A stretch of 63,841 bases of DNA, counting the filler, from Dugesia japonica (lineage: Eukaryota): the NCBI GenBank assembly GCA_001938525.1. It is 6 parts of 6 records of this genome, joined end to end, with 100 filler letters (N's around TTAATTAATTAA, not from the genome) between each part and the next. Parts side by side here need not be neighbours in the genome. Positions count along the whole stretch, not along the records: positions 46,500 to 55,141 come from MQRL01632782.1; positions 55,242 to 63,841 come from MQRL01586213.1; 4 more parts are not named here. The stretch is one strand, 5' to 3'. Shown here piece after piece: positions 50,355 through 63,599 of the stretch. Within the stretch, counting starts at the first letter, position 1, and every line of letters starts with the position of its first letter. Below the pieces are notes generated by a model that was not told where the DNA came from, did no database searches, and worked only from the letters and a program-made list of their open reading frames with translations. Both the position numbers and the translations under genes were made by a program.

Positions 50355-51128
50355 NNNNNNNNNNNNNNNNNNNNNNNNNNNNNNNNNNNNNNNNNNNNNN
50401 NNNNNNNNNNNNNNNNNNNNNNNNNNNNNNNNNNNNNNNNNNNNNNNNNNNNNNNNNNNNNNNNNNNNNNNNNNNNNNNNNNNNNNNNNNNNNNNNNNNN
50501 NNNNNNNNNNNNNNNNNNNNNNNNNNNNNNNNNNNNNNNNNNNNNNNNNNNNNNNNNNNNNNNNNNNNNNNNNNNNNNNNNNNAAGTCTAGTGAAAAATA
50601 TATTCTAAGACAAAATAGCAATAGTAAAACAATTAATTGTTTTAATTATTTTCTTCTTTTTTATTTGAAATTTCTTCAATTATTATTGCATAAAACTTTT
50701 ATGAAACTTTTCATAAAATTTGTATGTTGGATATTAAAACATCCTAACAAGGATCATAATCAATAGCTTATTCACCTGGAAGCTGATCAAATAGTAATTT
50801 GTTTTCCAATTCTTTGTGTCTTTGAATTGGAATGAGCTTTTGCATGATTTTGATACAAAAACGTTTTATTACAGATTATGCATTTTAAAGGTACATTAGT
50901 TGGATTACTACAAGTCGTTTAATTCAGATGTTTTTGTGATCCAACTTGAGAATTAAATACATCCAAACATTTTGGACATGTATGTTTTCTTCTCGTTGGA
51001 ATACAGCATGTGATGTAAGACCCACTTTATTTTTAAAAATCTTTTAACAAAGATCATTTGATCAAAAAAATGATTTGTTGTTGTCATTAATTTATAGGTG
51101 GTTAATTCTATTTTTTATTTCTTTTATG

Positions 51129-51215
51129 TTTGGTTTATCTTTAGCTATATTTGGTCTATGTTTGGTCTATGTTTGATCTATATTTGATCTGTGCTTGATC
51201 TATGTTCGTTCTATG
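51129..51215. repeat. 11-bp minisatellite (TTTGRTCTATG), about 8 degenerate copies
   Basis: tttggtctatg tttggtctatg tttgatctata tttgatctgtg cttgatctatg read directly. Confidence 0.8.
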
Positions 51216-52139
51216 ATTTGTGGGGTTATCAAAAAATAATAATTTACTTAATTGACTATCTCTATTTCTTGATCTACAAGTAGGCCACTATCACTATCAT
51301 TATTAATTGTTTTTCTTTATTTTCTTCGTGCTTGTTTATTTATATTTGATGTAGATACATTTATTATTCTTGAAGCTAAAATATTTCTTTTTCTGTTAAA
51401 CTTTCTTTCACTGGAACTTCTATTAATTCAAAAGAATTTGTTTTAACATTAAAAACATGATCACCATAATAATTGTTTATATATTGCTGAGAATTTTCGT
51501 CAAAAGAATATTTTATTCTAGGATATTTTTTTCTTTTTGGTTTTAAATTTAATTCTCTTAAATTTTTATTCAAGATCCGAACACTTATTTCCATTTCTTT
51601 GGCAATAAAAGAATTTTACATTTTGATCTTTAAAAACTAGCTCTATATATTTAACTGCTAAACACATCTTATGATATTTATTTAATAACCTTGAATCAAA
51701 GTTATTTGTTCAGTTAATATTATCAAAATCATTTTCACACAAATCCTTTTTGCTTTCTGTAATCATTTTCTATTTATACAAAATCAAGTTTATACCAACA
51801 CAAGTAAATGTGAAACGTCGTTTAGAGGCCAAGTAAATGCTTATACTAAATGTGCATTGATTTTTATTTTTACATTTATGGATTTTAGATTTCTGTTATA
51901 GTAGAATGGGTTTGTGTNNNNNNNNNNNNNNNNNNNNNNNNNNNNNNNNNNNNNACTGCTTTTTTTCTGTTGGGATAGCATTTTTAGTGAGATAGGATTT
52001 TTTTCTACTGAGAGAAGATTTTTATTATTTTTACCAAAGCCTTGTATGTGCAGAGATGGAGAGCCAGCCCCTGGCCTCTAAACGGCTTTTCCCATCTGTG
52101 TTTTGTATAAGAATCTATTTTGAATAATTAAAACATCTG

Positions 52140-53293
52140 ACACAGATATGTATCATTTCTATTATATGAAGCTCTTTTATCTTTTAATCCAAAAGTAATG
52201 CCTGTCATAATTTCCTAGATATTGTTTGCATTTAATGGATATATTATTGGATATATTATTACAGTCGGGCTCAAAATATCTTAATTTATGAATATAATTG
52301 TATTGATTGTGAAAATCATTTAAAACCTCACATTGGAAACAATTAGATTTTAGTTCATAATTAGAAATATGTAATGTTGAAGTTATATATCTTTTTTGGA
52401 GTGATAAATTATTTTCATTCTGTTTTAAATCTATTTTAAGGACATTTATTGAAATGTTGAATAATTTCTCCAGAATGTAAATTTAATTATCGTAAAATTT
52501 GTCTTTACTATTTGATTTACGTCTTTACCGTTTTTCATTAATGTGCCAGAACTTATTGCTTTAAAATAATTTGAATAATATCTATAATCACCCATATAAT
52601 GTGAGTTCTCTGGTTGAGAAAATAAATACGCAATTATATGTTAAAATACACAGAAATTATACTTTGTTTTTATATTCACAATTGAGTTGGATGTAAATGG
52701 AAGATTCAAAATATGACCTCCACGTAGAAATTTAACTCTAATTTGCTCTAATGAAATTTCTTTAAAACAAATTATTCTATAATTGCTTCCTTGGAAACTG
52801 TTCATCTTATCATCGAAAAAATTATTTAAACTTATATACATTTCTTCATAATTAATTCTACTATTATTGAAACCAATTAAAGGGTGCGGCTGGATTAATA
52901 TATCCTGTTCTAAAGAATTTCTATGTCTTTGTTAATTAACAGATCATATAAATAGATTATAAAAATATAAATCATNTAAATATAAATGGTGCAAGAAGAA
53001 AAAGAAAAAGATTTTAATTTTTTGTATGGACAATGTTCTATTTTATTATTGATTATATTTTCGAAACTGGATAAATATGTATTTATATTATCAGTTAAAA
53101 ATATACCATGAGATATAGTTTGTTTTAAATAATAACGGTGAACATTTAATCTATTAATTTCCCGTTTTTCTTTATTATATCTTCTTACTTCGTTTCGATT
53201 AAAGTGAGGAATAAATCTATTAGTTCTATTTATTATATTTCTCCTTATAATTGGAGGTAAATTAAGATTATTATTTCTTTGTAAACCCATCAT
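52140..53293 (-). pseudogene. N-terminal region of a Polinton/adintovirus-type pPolB gene
   Basis: FQGSNYRII...FLRGGHILNLP...SIVNIKTKYNFCVF and downstream HYFWIK match the GS.W..GG..I.LP..IN.KN.D..CF and HY.WIK motifs. Confidence 0.6.
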
Positions 53294-53370
53294 GTCTTTT
53301 TTATTATTAAATTAACTTTTTATTATTATTTACATTATTTTTTTAAAGTAATGTAAATTTATAAAAGTGC

Positions 53371-53607
53371 AGAAGTAGTTAAATAGGTAGGGTGAATCTT
53401 ATGGCGNNNNNNNNNNNNNNNNNNGCCGCTTTTACATAATTTTTAATTATTTAAATTTTTTTAATTTTTTGTTTTTCTTAAATTTATTAAACATCTTGGT
53501 TTTTCTTATTGTCAAAAACACAAAATTCTTAAAGGTGGTCATTTTAATGTTGGCGAAAAAATGAATAAATGTGATACAGGGTTCATCCTATTTATTTAAC
53601 TACTACT
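53371..53607. mobile_element. Short element with (AGT)n-type terminal inverted repeats (Polinton-like non-autonomous derivative)
   Basis: agaagtagttaaataggtagggtgaatct versus the reverse complement agtagtagttaaataaataggatgaaccc (23/29). No 6-bp TSD is evident and there is a small internal gap. Confidence 0.45.
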
Positions 53608-53972
53608 AATAGTAGGAAATTTCAAGGATGATAATTAGAGTAAAAAATATATAAAATGGGTGTTTCTGAGATGGAAATGTTACTGTCTCCTTAGTGAAAA
53701 GAAATCAATGACGGCTCAGGGAGCAGCATTGAAAGATATTGACTTAACACATCAGTCAGGTCATAATTGTTACAACAACAATAAATTGGTCTAAGTAAAC
53801 CATTTTANNNNNNNNNNNNNNNNNNNNNNNNNNNNNNNNNNNNNNNNNNNNNNNNNNNNNNNNNNNNNNNNNNNNNNNNNNNNNNNNNNNNNNNNNNNNN
53901 NNNNNNNNNNNNNNNNATTACTTTAAAAAAATGTAAATAATAATAAAAAGTTAATTTAATAATAAAAAAGAC

Positions 53973-54070
53973 ATGACGGGTTTACGAAGAAATAAAAATA
54001 GCTTTAACGAACAATGACGATAAAAGGATCAGCATACATAAAAATAACATAGCATACCACACGGAGACTA
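53973..54070 (+). pseudogene. Internally deleted pPolB: start fused to the extreme C-terminus
   Basis: MTGLRRN (same start as the 53293 ORF) runs straight into KIALTNNDDKRISIHKNNIAY(P)HGD*, the K..L...DDKR....P.G end motif of pPolB. Confidence 0.55.
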
Positions 54071-55141
54071 AACATTAAATACCATGTAAATTTTGACTCG
54101 TAATAAATAAGACTCAACTCCAATCGATAATATGTACATGTACTAATTTTATTTGTTTTTGAAATTATTTAATTTTATTATTCAGTAATCCCATAAAGAT
54201 TTCAATCAAACTAAATTCGAATGTATAGGTTGTATAAATATTGTGTAAATCTTGAATAAATATTGTTATTATGATTTCTGTGATCTATCTGTTCATGTAT
54301 TGTTATTACTGTTAATATTTTATGGGGGAGGAGAGAATGTTAATTTTAAAATTGCCCGGAGAGCAACAATTGCTAATATTGTTCAAGTGAAATTCACTTA
54401 ACAATTTAAAAATTTGGAAGGTTTGATTGATTTAAACAAAATCATTAATTTGACTTCATTTAAACAAGAAATCATTAAATTTAATTAAATTAAACAAAAA
54501 AGAAAAGAAAATTATGGCATCTTCGGCACACACTAAATTTCAAAATCTACAAAAAATCGAAAGCAAAAATCATTCGAGAAAAAATGTTTCCCGCCTAGAG
54601 GGGTGGGATGGGGTGCTGTGCATTCCTATCTACTTGTCTGAAATTTTAAAAAGCATTAAAATTTTGAAATAAAATGATTATTTTAATATCAAAAATATTT
54701 AAATTGAGCACTTTATTTTAATAATTTAATTATGTTTGTGAGAAAAATAAATAAGAATTTTTTTAATTTAAAAAATAAACAAGTTAATTTAATATTTACA
54801 TGAGTTCTTTAAATATTGTAAAATTGTTTAGAACAAAGTTTTTGATTTTTAAATTTTGTTGTGATTTACCAGAACCTAAATTTCAAGAAACATTAAGTTA
54901 GTTGTTATTTATTGATTAATAAAGAATACTGTTATTGTAATTATTTTGTAAAATTTTTCTCATCACTTTTGGTAATTAGGTTTTGTAATCGTTATTAAGA
55001 TTGTAATTATTTTATAAATATTTAGTAATTTATTTTGTCAAATAAATTTTGTAAATTATTAATAAATTTGTTATTCTATATATTTGATTTATTAATTTGT
55101 GTTTATTTTATTATTAATTATAATGATGAAACTGGATTTTA

Positions 55142-55241
55142 NNNNNNNNNNNNNNNNNNNNNNNNNNNNNNNNNNNNNNNNNNNNTTAATTAATTAANNN
55201 NNNNNNNNNNNNNNNNNNNNNNNNNNNNNNNNNNNNNNNNN
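55142..55241. other. Artificial contig-joining spacer
   Basis: N44-TTAATTAATTAA-N44. Confidence 0.95.
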
Positions 55242-56799
55242 ATCAATGGTTAAGTCCAACAATTATTCTCACAATAATTGTAATTATAAAATGAAGTATT
55301 GTTATTATTAAAAATCACAATAATATAACTTATCTATAATATTCAAATTGTTAAAATGCTACTATTATTATTACAACATTATCAGTGGTTAAACATTAAT
55401 ATATTTCAAATTAACATTATTATTAAGCAAAAGTTACATTATTAAGACATCATCATTAAAAAAACTTAATTATAATTATTATTTGTTTAAGTAAATATAT
55501 CAAATACATTTAGGTATTATTACTCTAATTATTGATTATTATATCACTTATTATTATTGATAATACTCTATTAACACTTATTACTTATCACATCAACAAT
55601 TATTAAAAAATGTAAAATACCTGCGGATCCGTTTGCTTTCGTATTAAATATACCCTTCTTGTTAATTATTTTGGTGAATAATGATTCTGGATAAAACTTT
55701 TGCGGAATAATTAATGGACTGTAATTCAATCTATCAGTATCATTTTCACTAAAATCTTTTATAAGTAATCCACATTTACAACTTTTAATAACAAGAACAT
55801 GATTGCATTCGATAAAAATAGTTTTCTTCAAGAATACAAATTTATACCCAAAATATGTTTCATTCTTGAAATGTATCAGTACTTTTAGAAATAATCTGAT
55901 AATTTAAGTATTAATAATCAGTATGGTACTTCTGGGGCCATGAGTAATATGGCTAAAAAATTATATCACTCATAACCCACAACCAGGATTTGATGCAATT
56001 GTCCTTTAATTGCTTTGATAGCAGCCCCGGTGACTTTTACCCAATTTTAAGAGTGCATGAGTGTACTACCCGTGTCTTATTCAGGTTTCATTTTTCATCG
56101 ACGATAGAAGTCGTTACAGAGGAAAACCAATAAATTAAAAACATGATACTTTCAATATAAATGTACAAATTTATACATGTAATGTCATTACAGAAATATA
56201 AATTGTCTTCTGAGAGGTCGATAACTACTTTAAGAATCTTTCTGGGTGGAGGAACTGATGATGAAGTTGACGATATGTTGGTTTACAGTCTGCTTAGGTT
56301 TACTTTTTTTTCTCGAAACCACTCCACTTCGGTCTCCAATTACATTATTCACATACTCTGGGCTTCATTCCTCCAAGTATATTCAATGTTTTGTCGCCTG
56401 CGTTGCGACATTTCAAATACCAGCATTGCAACATTGTCCTGTAATGCTTCTCAAACTCTGAACCAATTAGTTGTGGTGGTCAATTGACCGTTAAAGCTGA
56501 CATTAAGTTGTACTTTGACTCCGAATGTCCATCTGAGCAGCAGTTGAAATAAATGCTGGTTGACCACATTTTATTGAGCATTTTCGTTCATGTCTAAACA
56601 CATTAATTCGTTCTTAATCTAATCTGCATTATGCGATAATGAAGTATAACTGAATTTAGCGGAGATTCAATAGTAAATTGTTAGTAGTGGTGATCACTCC
56701 AGCGTTAATAGTGATAACATCAATGGTATTGGTAATTCGTTGTTGGCCAGGATTTTAGTGGTACTCGCAAAACTACGAAGCATTGACGATTAGCAATGG

Positions 56800-57360
56800 T
56801 AATAATAAACTGCTGATCGTACTAACGTTAAGTCGTTAGTAAACAATGGTAACAACAATAATAATATTGAGAATGATAATGGCAAACAACTGTAAGAATG
56901 GAACTCCTATTAGTAAATAACAATCGTGATGACCGTAATGTTAATAATACTGCGGATAACATCAATCATATTTTTAAAAAGCCTCACATACAAGTAAGGA
57001 CATTGATATTAAAGATTAGACTAAAAATGGTTCTGGTAAGGATGGTGATGATAATACTTATACTTATTAGCAGAGATGGTATTGGTAACTATAACCAAAG
57101 TAACAATAGTAACAATAATCACAATCATGATAATAATAAGCATAATGATAATGCTTATCGTAATAATTATAGGAGCAATAGTGATAATAATAACATTAAT
57201 ACTAAGCGTAGTAGTTATTATTATCAATAATTGAAACGATAAAAGTAATGGGNTGCCATCACAAGTATGACCGAATAATGATGATCAGTATAACAATATT
57301 AAAGATAACCTTTATCAGTAATAACTAGAGTGATGACGTAATAATAATCGAGTGATATTA
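56800..57360. repeat. Degenerate (AAT)n-derived low-complexity tract
   Basis: 3-nt periodic aat/aac/gat sequence, which produces spurious Asn-rich and Ile-rich ORFs. Confidence 0.75.
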
Positions 57361-58609
57361 ACTAAAATACGTAAGAAATAATAAAATGAGAACTGTTAAC
57401 ACTGATCCCCATAGCCGTCAACTTAATCAAAAAAAGAGAATTTCAACACTACTAGTATGTGTAAATCTATAAAAAAAACTCAGATAGTATGAGAATAAAG
57501 TAAAACGGTAATAGTATATAAACACACAATTGCCATTATTACGAGAATAATTGTTGTACATAACCATTGATCGTTTTATAGAATTCATTTAATATGAAAG
57601 CCTTGATCAAAATTTTGTTTTTTTTATTGATATTGGATAAAAATTCGATATCAATAAAGAATTTAATAATTGTTGTATAAAATGAATTTTGATCCAAGCT
57701 TTTATATTAAATGAATTATATATATATATATATATATATATAAATTAAAAATCAAAGTGGCATATCTGATGACTATGCGAAATTGGATTGAAAAATAAAA
57801 AATTTTGGCTTCCTTTAAATTTTCGAGCTGGAATGGATACTGACAATTTAGGAGAAGAATGGTATCATACAACAATAATATCAACAATTTAGATTCCTTC
57901 TCTCTTGTTTAAATAATAGATATTGAGCAATTAGCTACTAAAATCTTCGGAATTCAAATAGCAGTCGAATGTCAATCATGATGATTGAGGGAATATTTCT
58001 TGAGGAATTGTCGAGAGAAACTAGATAATAATTGTCAGCTTCAAAATAGTTGATCAATTTATTGGAGAATCTTTGAATTTAGATATGATTAGCCAAATTT
58101 TAATATTCCCCGTAGAGAGAATCCGGTTGATTTTTATTTTTATAGCGGGAAATTTTACTTGAGATATTAACTTTCTTCTAATGTAATTTATTGCTAAATT
58201 TAACTTCAAATCTCAAGAAACATTTTATTAAAATTAAGGGTGATTTGATCGAGTTTGCAGGTCCTTTTATACCCTTTTTTGTTAATCCATTCATTCCTGA
58301 TTGGTAGGTTTATCTGAAATAACTTGGTCGTTTTATTTATTTTGTTCCAAGTTTCTCACCAATTGGTTTTATTTACAGGCTAATTTATTTTTATTTTCTC
58401 GAGAATATGTGACACCTTTCATCATTTTGATATTTGAAGAGTATTTTTCTGGTGATTGATATTATTTTTGTTGATAGTATTCTTATTTTTCAGGTAATTA
58501 TTTGTTTTTTACCACTTTCTTTTATTAATTATAGCCACTATTTCCATTGATTTTAATCCTGTAAATATTATTTAAGTATTGGGTTCTGTCCCAACAGTAG
58601 AAGCAATTA

Positions 58610-58635
58610 TTTAATTATTATCATTAATATTGCTA

Positions 58636-58667
<32 letters not shown>

Positions 58668-58788
58668 GATTGATGATGATGATAATTATTATTTATTTAC
58701 ATTTAGGTGCGAAATATGGCATCAAAAGTGTGAAAATTCATACGTATAAAAACATTTTAATAACAATATTATTAACAATAATAAAAAT

Positions 58789-58843
<55 letters not shown>
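58610..58843. repeat. (ATT)n and (AAT)n microsatellites
   Basis: Perfect runs at ~58638-58667 and ~58791-58843. Confidence 0.9.
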
Positions 58844-59559
58844 NNNNNNNNNNNNNNNNNNNNNNNNNNNNNNNNNNNNNNNNNNNNNNNNNNNNNNNNN
58901 NNNNNNNNNNNNNNNNNNNNNNNNNNNNNNNNNNNNNNNNNNNNNNNAAATTGTAAAGATTCAGGTGTGAAAGTTCACACCATTTAAAAGTGCATTTAAA
59001 TAACAATATCAACAATGTTTTTTACTATTCCAATAAAAAAATAATTGAAAATGTTTTTGTTGTTTAAATTAAGGTGTGAAAATTCACACCTATTGTTGTT
59101 TATATTATAAGATGTAAAGTGATGAATGGAAACTCGCTTTCTTAGAGTGAAATATTGGTCAAAAAATTCATATTGAATCAATTATAAAGTTGTGCAACAA
59201 GAACAGCAAAAAAATATTACAACTACTATATAAAAGCATTGAGGATCGTAATTTGAAATCATAATTGAAAAAGTAAGACTTCTTCACTAGGTATAATTAG
59301 GATTATGATTAACGTCTTTCTTGAGGTTAGACCAAGAAAACCCATTTTAACGATGAAACTTTAATAAAAAATAATTTATATTAAATTTCTTAGAAATGCA
59401 TTATTAAATAGCTTTTTTTATAAAAAATATTTCATTTTTTAGTTCAACACCGTTTGACAATTCAAAATTTAATAAAACTTTGTTTTAATTCTTTAAGCAT
59501 TTTGAATTAATTCAATATACTTTTTTAAACCACTTTACAAACTCTTTGTTTTAAAATAA

Positions 59560-59970
59560 TATTTTTACTAAATCTTTTCCATTCGTAAAATGAACCTAAA
59601 CCTCTTCATTTCCACGCCTGTTGTTAATCAAATTTGAAGATCTTTCATAACATCTTTCTCTTTTCAAACATCAAACGTAAACGAGCCATAAACTCATGAA
59701 CCTTTTTTGACGTCTTCGCATACTCTTCAAACAAATCATCATCTAATAAACAGGATACTTATCTCTCCTGTTATTTCATCTGTGTAATGTTTTTAGATTC
59801 AAAATACAATTCATAACTCTTTATGAATTTTTTGATATAATTTCCTTTATATATAATACATTTAGTAATAATCTATCAGTAATAGAATCAGTATTTAACA
59901 CTACCACCATGTTGGATATATCTTTAATTGATGATTTATTTTCAAAGTCAGAACAATTATTTGTAGACAT
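59560..59970 (-). pseudogene. Possible gypsy gag N-terminal fragment
   Basis: VSCLLDDDLFEEYAKTSKKVHEFMARLRLMFEK resembles the other gag N-termini in this window. Confidence 0.4.
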
Positions 59971-60421
59971 TTATTTCATTATTAACATAGATAACTGATT
60001 AAATAAACGTAAGGAAATAGAAAATAAATTAATAGTAATTATTAATTANNNNNNNNNNNNNNNNNNNAAAGAACGAATATTTATTACATTTATTAATTAA
60101 TTCATTACATTTCATGATTAATTTAATAAAGTTTTTTAAGTATAGACGTTTCTCCTTTAACCATTGATGGTATTTGAGATTTGATGTTAAATTAAATGAA
60201 AAAGAACTTTTATTTCCATTTTTAATAAACATCTTAACGATAATTATTAAATTAAATTCGTTAAATAAGTAATCAATTTGAATGATAAAATGCTAAAATC
60301 ACAAAAGAAAAGTTTTTTATTATATGAAAATGCCTATAGTAGACATCCATTTATTAAATTAAGTATTTTAAATTTGTTCAAAAAAGTCATTTCTAATTTT
60401 AAAGTATATTATAGTATATAA

Positions 60422-62886
60422 CACAAGCGGTCAACAAGTCGATCGCGCAAAAACCGTCGGGTTACGAATTAAATCGGTAAAGTCCCTAAGTCATATCATT
60501 ATTAAAAATAATATAACGCAATATTATTAGCTAGTAACGCGCAATCCGCCAGCAATTTGCATGCTGTTATGACTCATAGAAAGACAGCCATTAGTTTTTT
60601 AAAATAAATATGAATATGACAATATTTGGTAGTGTCATACTGTAGCTTCTTTTCTTGAATATTAACAATATTATTACTATTAATCCATATAATCTACCAA
60701 CGATGACTATGCTAAATTTCAATTTTCTTCTGTTTAAATTGTAAATGCCTTTTCTTTATGCTTTAAGCTAACTTGTGGCACAGATGTCTAAGCGGAAGCC
60801 ATTAACACCAGTTCATGAGTTTTTAATTTTTTTGGAAAATATTTGATTCAATATTTTTTATGTATTTCCAATATTTAATTCATTTCAGATAAGTAAAGGC
60901 AAATAAAATTGTCATAAGTATTTATTTTGCATTTTAGTGTACCCATAAACATGAGTAGTAAACCAAAAAAATCGAACAATTATCATTTCAATGAAGAATG
61001 GTAATTCGATTACTTTTATTTCAATGGTAAATGATATATGTTGTTGCTTAATATGCCTTATGTCGATAGCCATTGCTAAAAACAGGTAATCAGGAGAGAC
61101 GTTTTTTAACTTTACATAACAAGTATCGAACAGATTATCCACAAAATAACGAATTGAGAAAACGTAAAGGAAGGGATCTTAAAAAGCAATTAACAAATCA
61201 ACGAAATATTTTAAAAAGTCAATATTGAAGTCACAAGCAGTAACTACTGGATCATTCAATGTTAGCTATCTCTTAGCACAAAAATGTAAGCCATTTTCCG
61301 AGAGTGAATTTTTCAAGGATGAGTGGCGATGTAAAAGAGCAGTTATATAATAATATTAATAAATGCTCTTGTTTTTCCCTTCAATGTGATGAATCGACAG
61401 ATTAAGTGATATAGCATAATTACTTGTTTTCATTCGTATCGGTTTAAGGACTTTACATCTAAAGTACCACTTTTTAAATTAATTTCAATAACAATGGATG
61501 GCGCAGCTGCAATGATCAGTTGCATAAATCGATTTAGATTCCCTATGTCAAAATGAAGACGACTTCCCAGATTTTTTGAGCTACCATTGAATAATTCACC
61601 AGCAAATGTTAACCAGCAAGAGGCTTAACACTAAAAAAGTTATGGGCATAACATTTAAAATTGTTAATTCAATTCGAGGAAGTTCCCTTAAACAGTGTCT
61701 CTTCCAAATGCAGCTTGATGGGGGCCAACCTGAATTATTAAAACATACTGACGTAAGACGGCTAAGTAGAGGTAAATTTCTGCAACGTTTTCGTGATTTA
61801 TTGCCTGAAATAATAGATTTTCTCTACGAGCAAGATAGAAAATGTGAAAATTTAAATGATGAAACTTGGTTTAGTGACTTAGCCTTTCTTACCAATTTTA
61901 CTTCAATATTAAGTCATTTTAATCTAGAATTACAAGGTAAAAAAAACAGTAATTGAAATGATTAGGTGCATAGATGCATATAAAACAAAATTTATATCAC
62001 TAATAGAAGATCTGCAACAAAATAATCTTAATCGTTTTCCAAATATGTCAGATCATTTACAAAAACATAAAAATATTAATTATAATATTAAAAATTAGTC
62101 ACAGAAATCCAAAAAGTAATTGAAAATTTGGAGGTACAATTCCAAGATTTTGAAAAAAATAAAGAAATTGTGGAATATATATCTTTTTCTTTTAAAAAAG
62201 ATTTGAATGTAACAGGGGCGGCAAACTTTTGCGTACATAAGATTTAGTTTTTATCGTATAGTTAACCAAAAAATTTCAGGCATATTTCATATGAAACAAA
62301 AGGCATTAGAAAGTGAAATTATAAATTTACAAACTGATTTAATCTTAAAAGCCAGGAAATTTAAAGAAGATTTTTGGAAATACGCTAAACGAGAGAAATA
62401 TACCAATATCATCAAATGAAGCGAATATATTTATTCTTGCTTCGGATCAACATACCTTTATGAATCAGCATTTTCGTATTTAAAGTCACGAAGATTAAAC
62501 AACGTCCTGCTCTCACTGATTCCCATATTGAAGATTCTTTATTATTATCTTTATCCAATTATACCCCTAATTATGATTCCTTGGTTAGAAAATTGCAAAC
62601 AGAGGCTTCTAATTAATGTAATCTATTTTATCTTCAGTAATCTGNTGATTTATATTGATAAATATTGTTAATAATTACACATGTTGTTCGAAAACCCTCG
62701 GATATGGCAGTTTGGTCCGTAAAATAATTATTTTATTGTTTACGGAGGTAGATATAAACATATTATGTACATTGTCTATTTTCTGAACTGCAGTATCCGA
62801 GAAACTAAAAAAGGGGCCCAAGTCGATCGCGACGCAACTATACGATACAAAGTAGATCTTATGTACGCAAAAGTTGGCCGCCCCTG
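60422..62886 (+). mobile_element. hAT transposon, Buster/SPIN (GTF2IRD2-like) family, both ends present, transposase decayed
   Basis: KPFSESEF, SLQCDESTD, ITMDGAAAM, IIHQQ, HTDVRRLSRGKFLQRF, DLAFLT, FGSTYL*ESAFS. Ends cacaagcggtcaac / gttggccgcccctg. 8-bp TSD gtatataa/ttatataa (7/8, nnnTAnnn). Confidence 0.9.
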
Positions 62887-63599
62887 TTATATAATATTAT
62901 ATGAATAAAAGTCCATTATAATAATTTAGGTTATCTTTATTTTAGTTGTTATTTAAATGAATAGTTTTAAAACATCATTAAAAATTATATGTAGAACCTA
63001 TTGGGAAACTGAATATAAACTGGAATATATATCAAAACAAAATGTTTTTTGGATGAAAGTGACTTATGTATCATTTATAGCATTAATTATGTTGACATGT
63101 TATACCATTCCAACAAGTAATAATATGTTGGTAGGAGATGTGGAAAAAGAAAAATCAAGAAGTAATTTTAAAATGATTTAGATCTACTAAATCATTTTAA
63201 AATTACTTCTTGATTTTTCTTTATATATATATATATATATACTATTTATTATATGCTTATACTATTTTTCTAAATTTGAAGAAAATGAATAATTTTTAAT
63301 TTGTAAAATAAATAATTGTTGTATAAAATGAAATTTGTACTTAATTCAAACGGCAAAGTGTAAAACTAAATATAAGCCAATATTATTCTTATTGTATAAA
63401 TAGTAATAAATTGCAATACATTAACATATAAAATAATCAGAGTATTTAATACTTATTAAGGATTTGTTTTAAAGGGTGCTACTGGATTGCTTAACATAAA
63501 ATGCACGTTATTAATTTTGTATTTCTTGCATATTTTCTTGCCTTTACAGATATATTTTAATAATACATTTTATTTTCATATATAATAATTTTACAAAAA

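Noticed and set aside
51760-52140. Imperfect inverted repeat (ggcctctaaacg core) around an N gap
   Set aside because: Short, diverged and straddling a gap, so it cannot be distinguished from adjacent copies of a repeat.
55571-55831. Possible host exon with a GT donor near 55620
   Set aside because: No recognisable domain or partner exons.
56898-57230. Asn-rich and Ile-rich ORFs on both strands
   Set aside because: By-products of a decayed AAT microsatellite.
57764-57800. CTGATGA...GAAA possible hammerhead
   Set aside because: No credible stem I or stem II pairing.
57800-58596. Minus-strand LTR-like segment (TG start, TATAAAAG)
   Set aside because: No partner LTR, PBS or TSD identifiable.
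58670-59015. Poly-Ile and poly-Leu ORFs
   Set aside because: They translate microsatellite and N-gap sequence.
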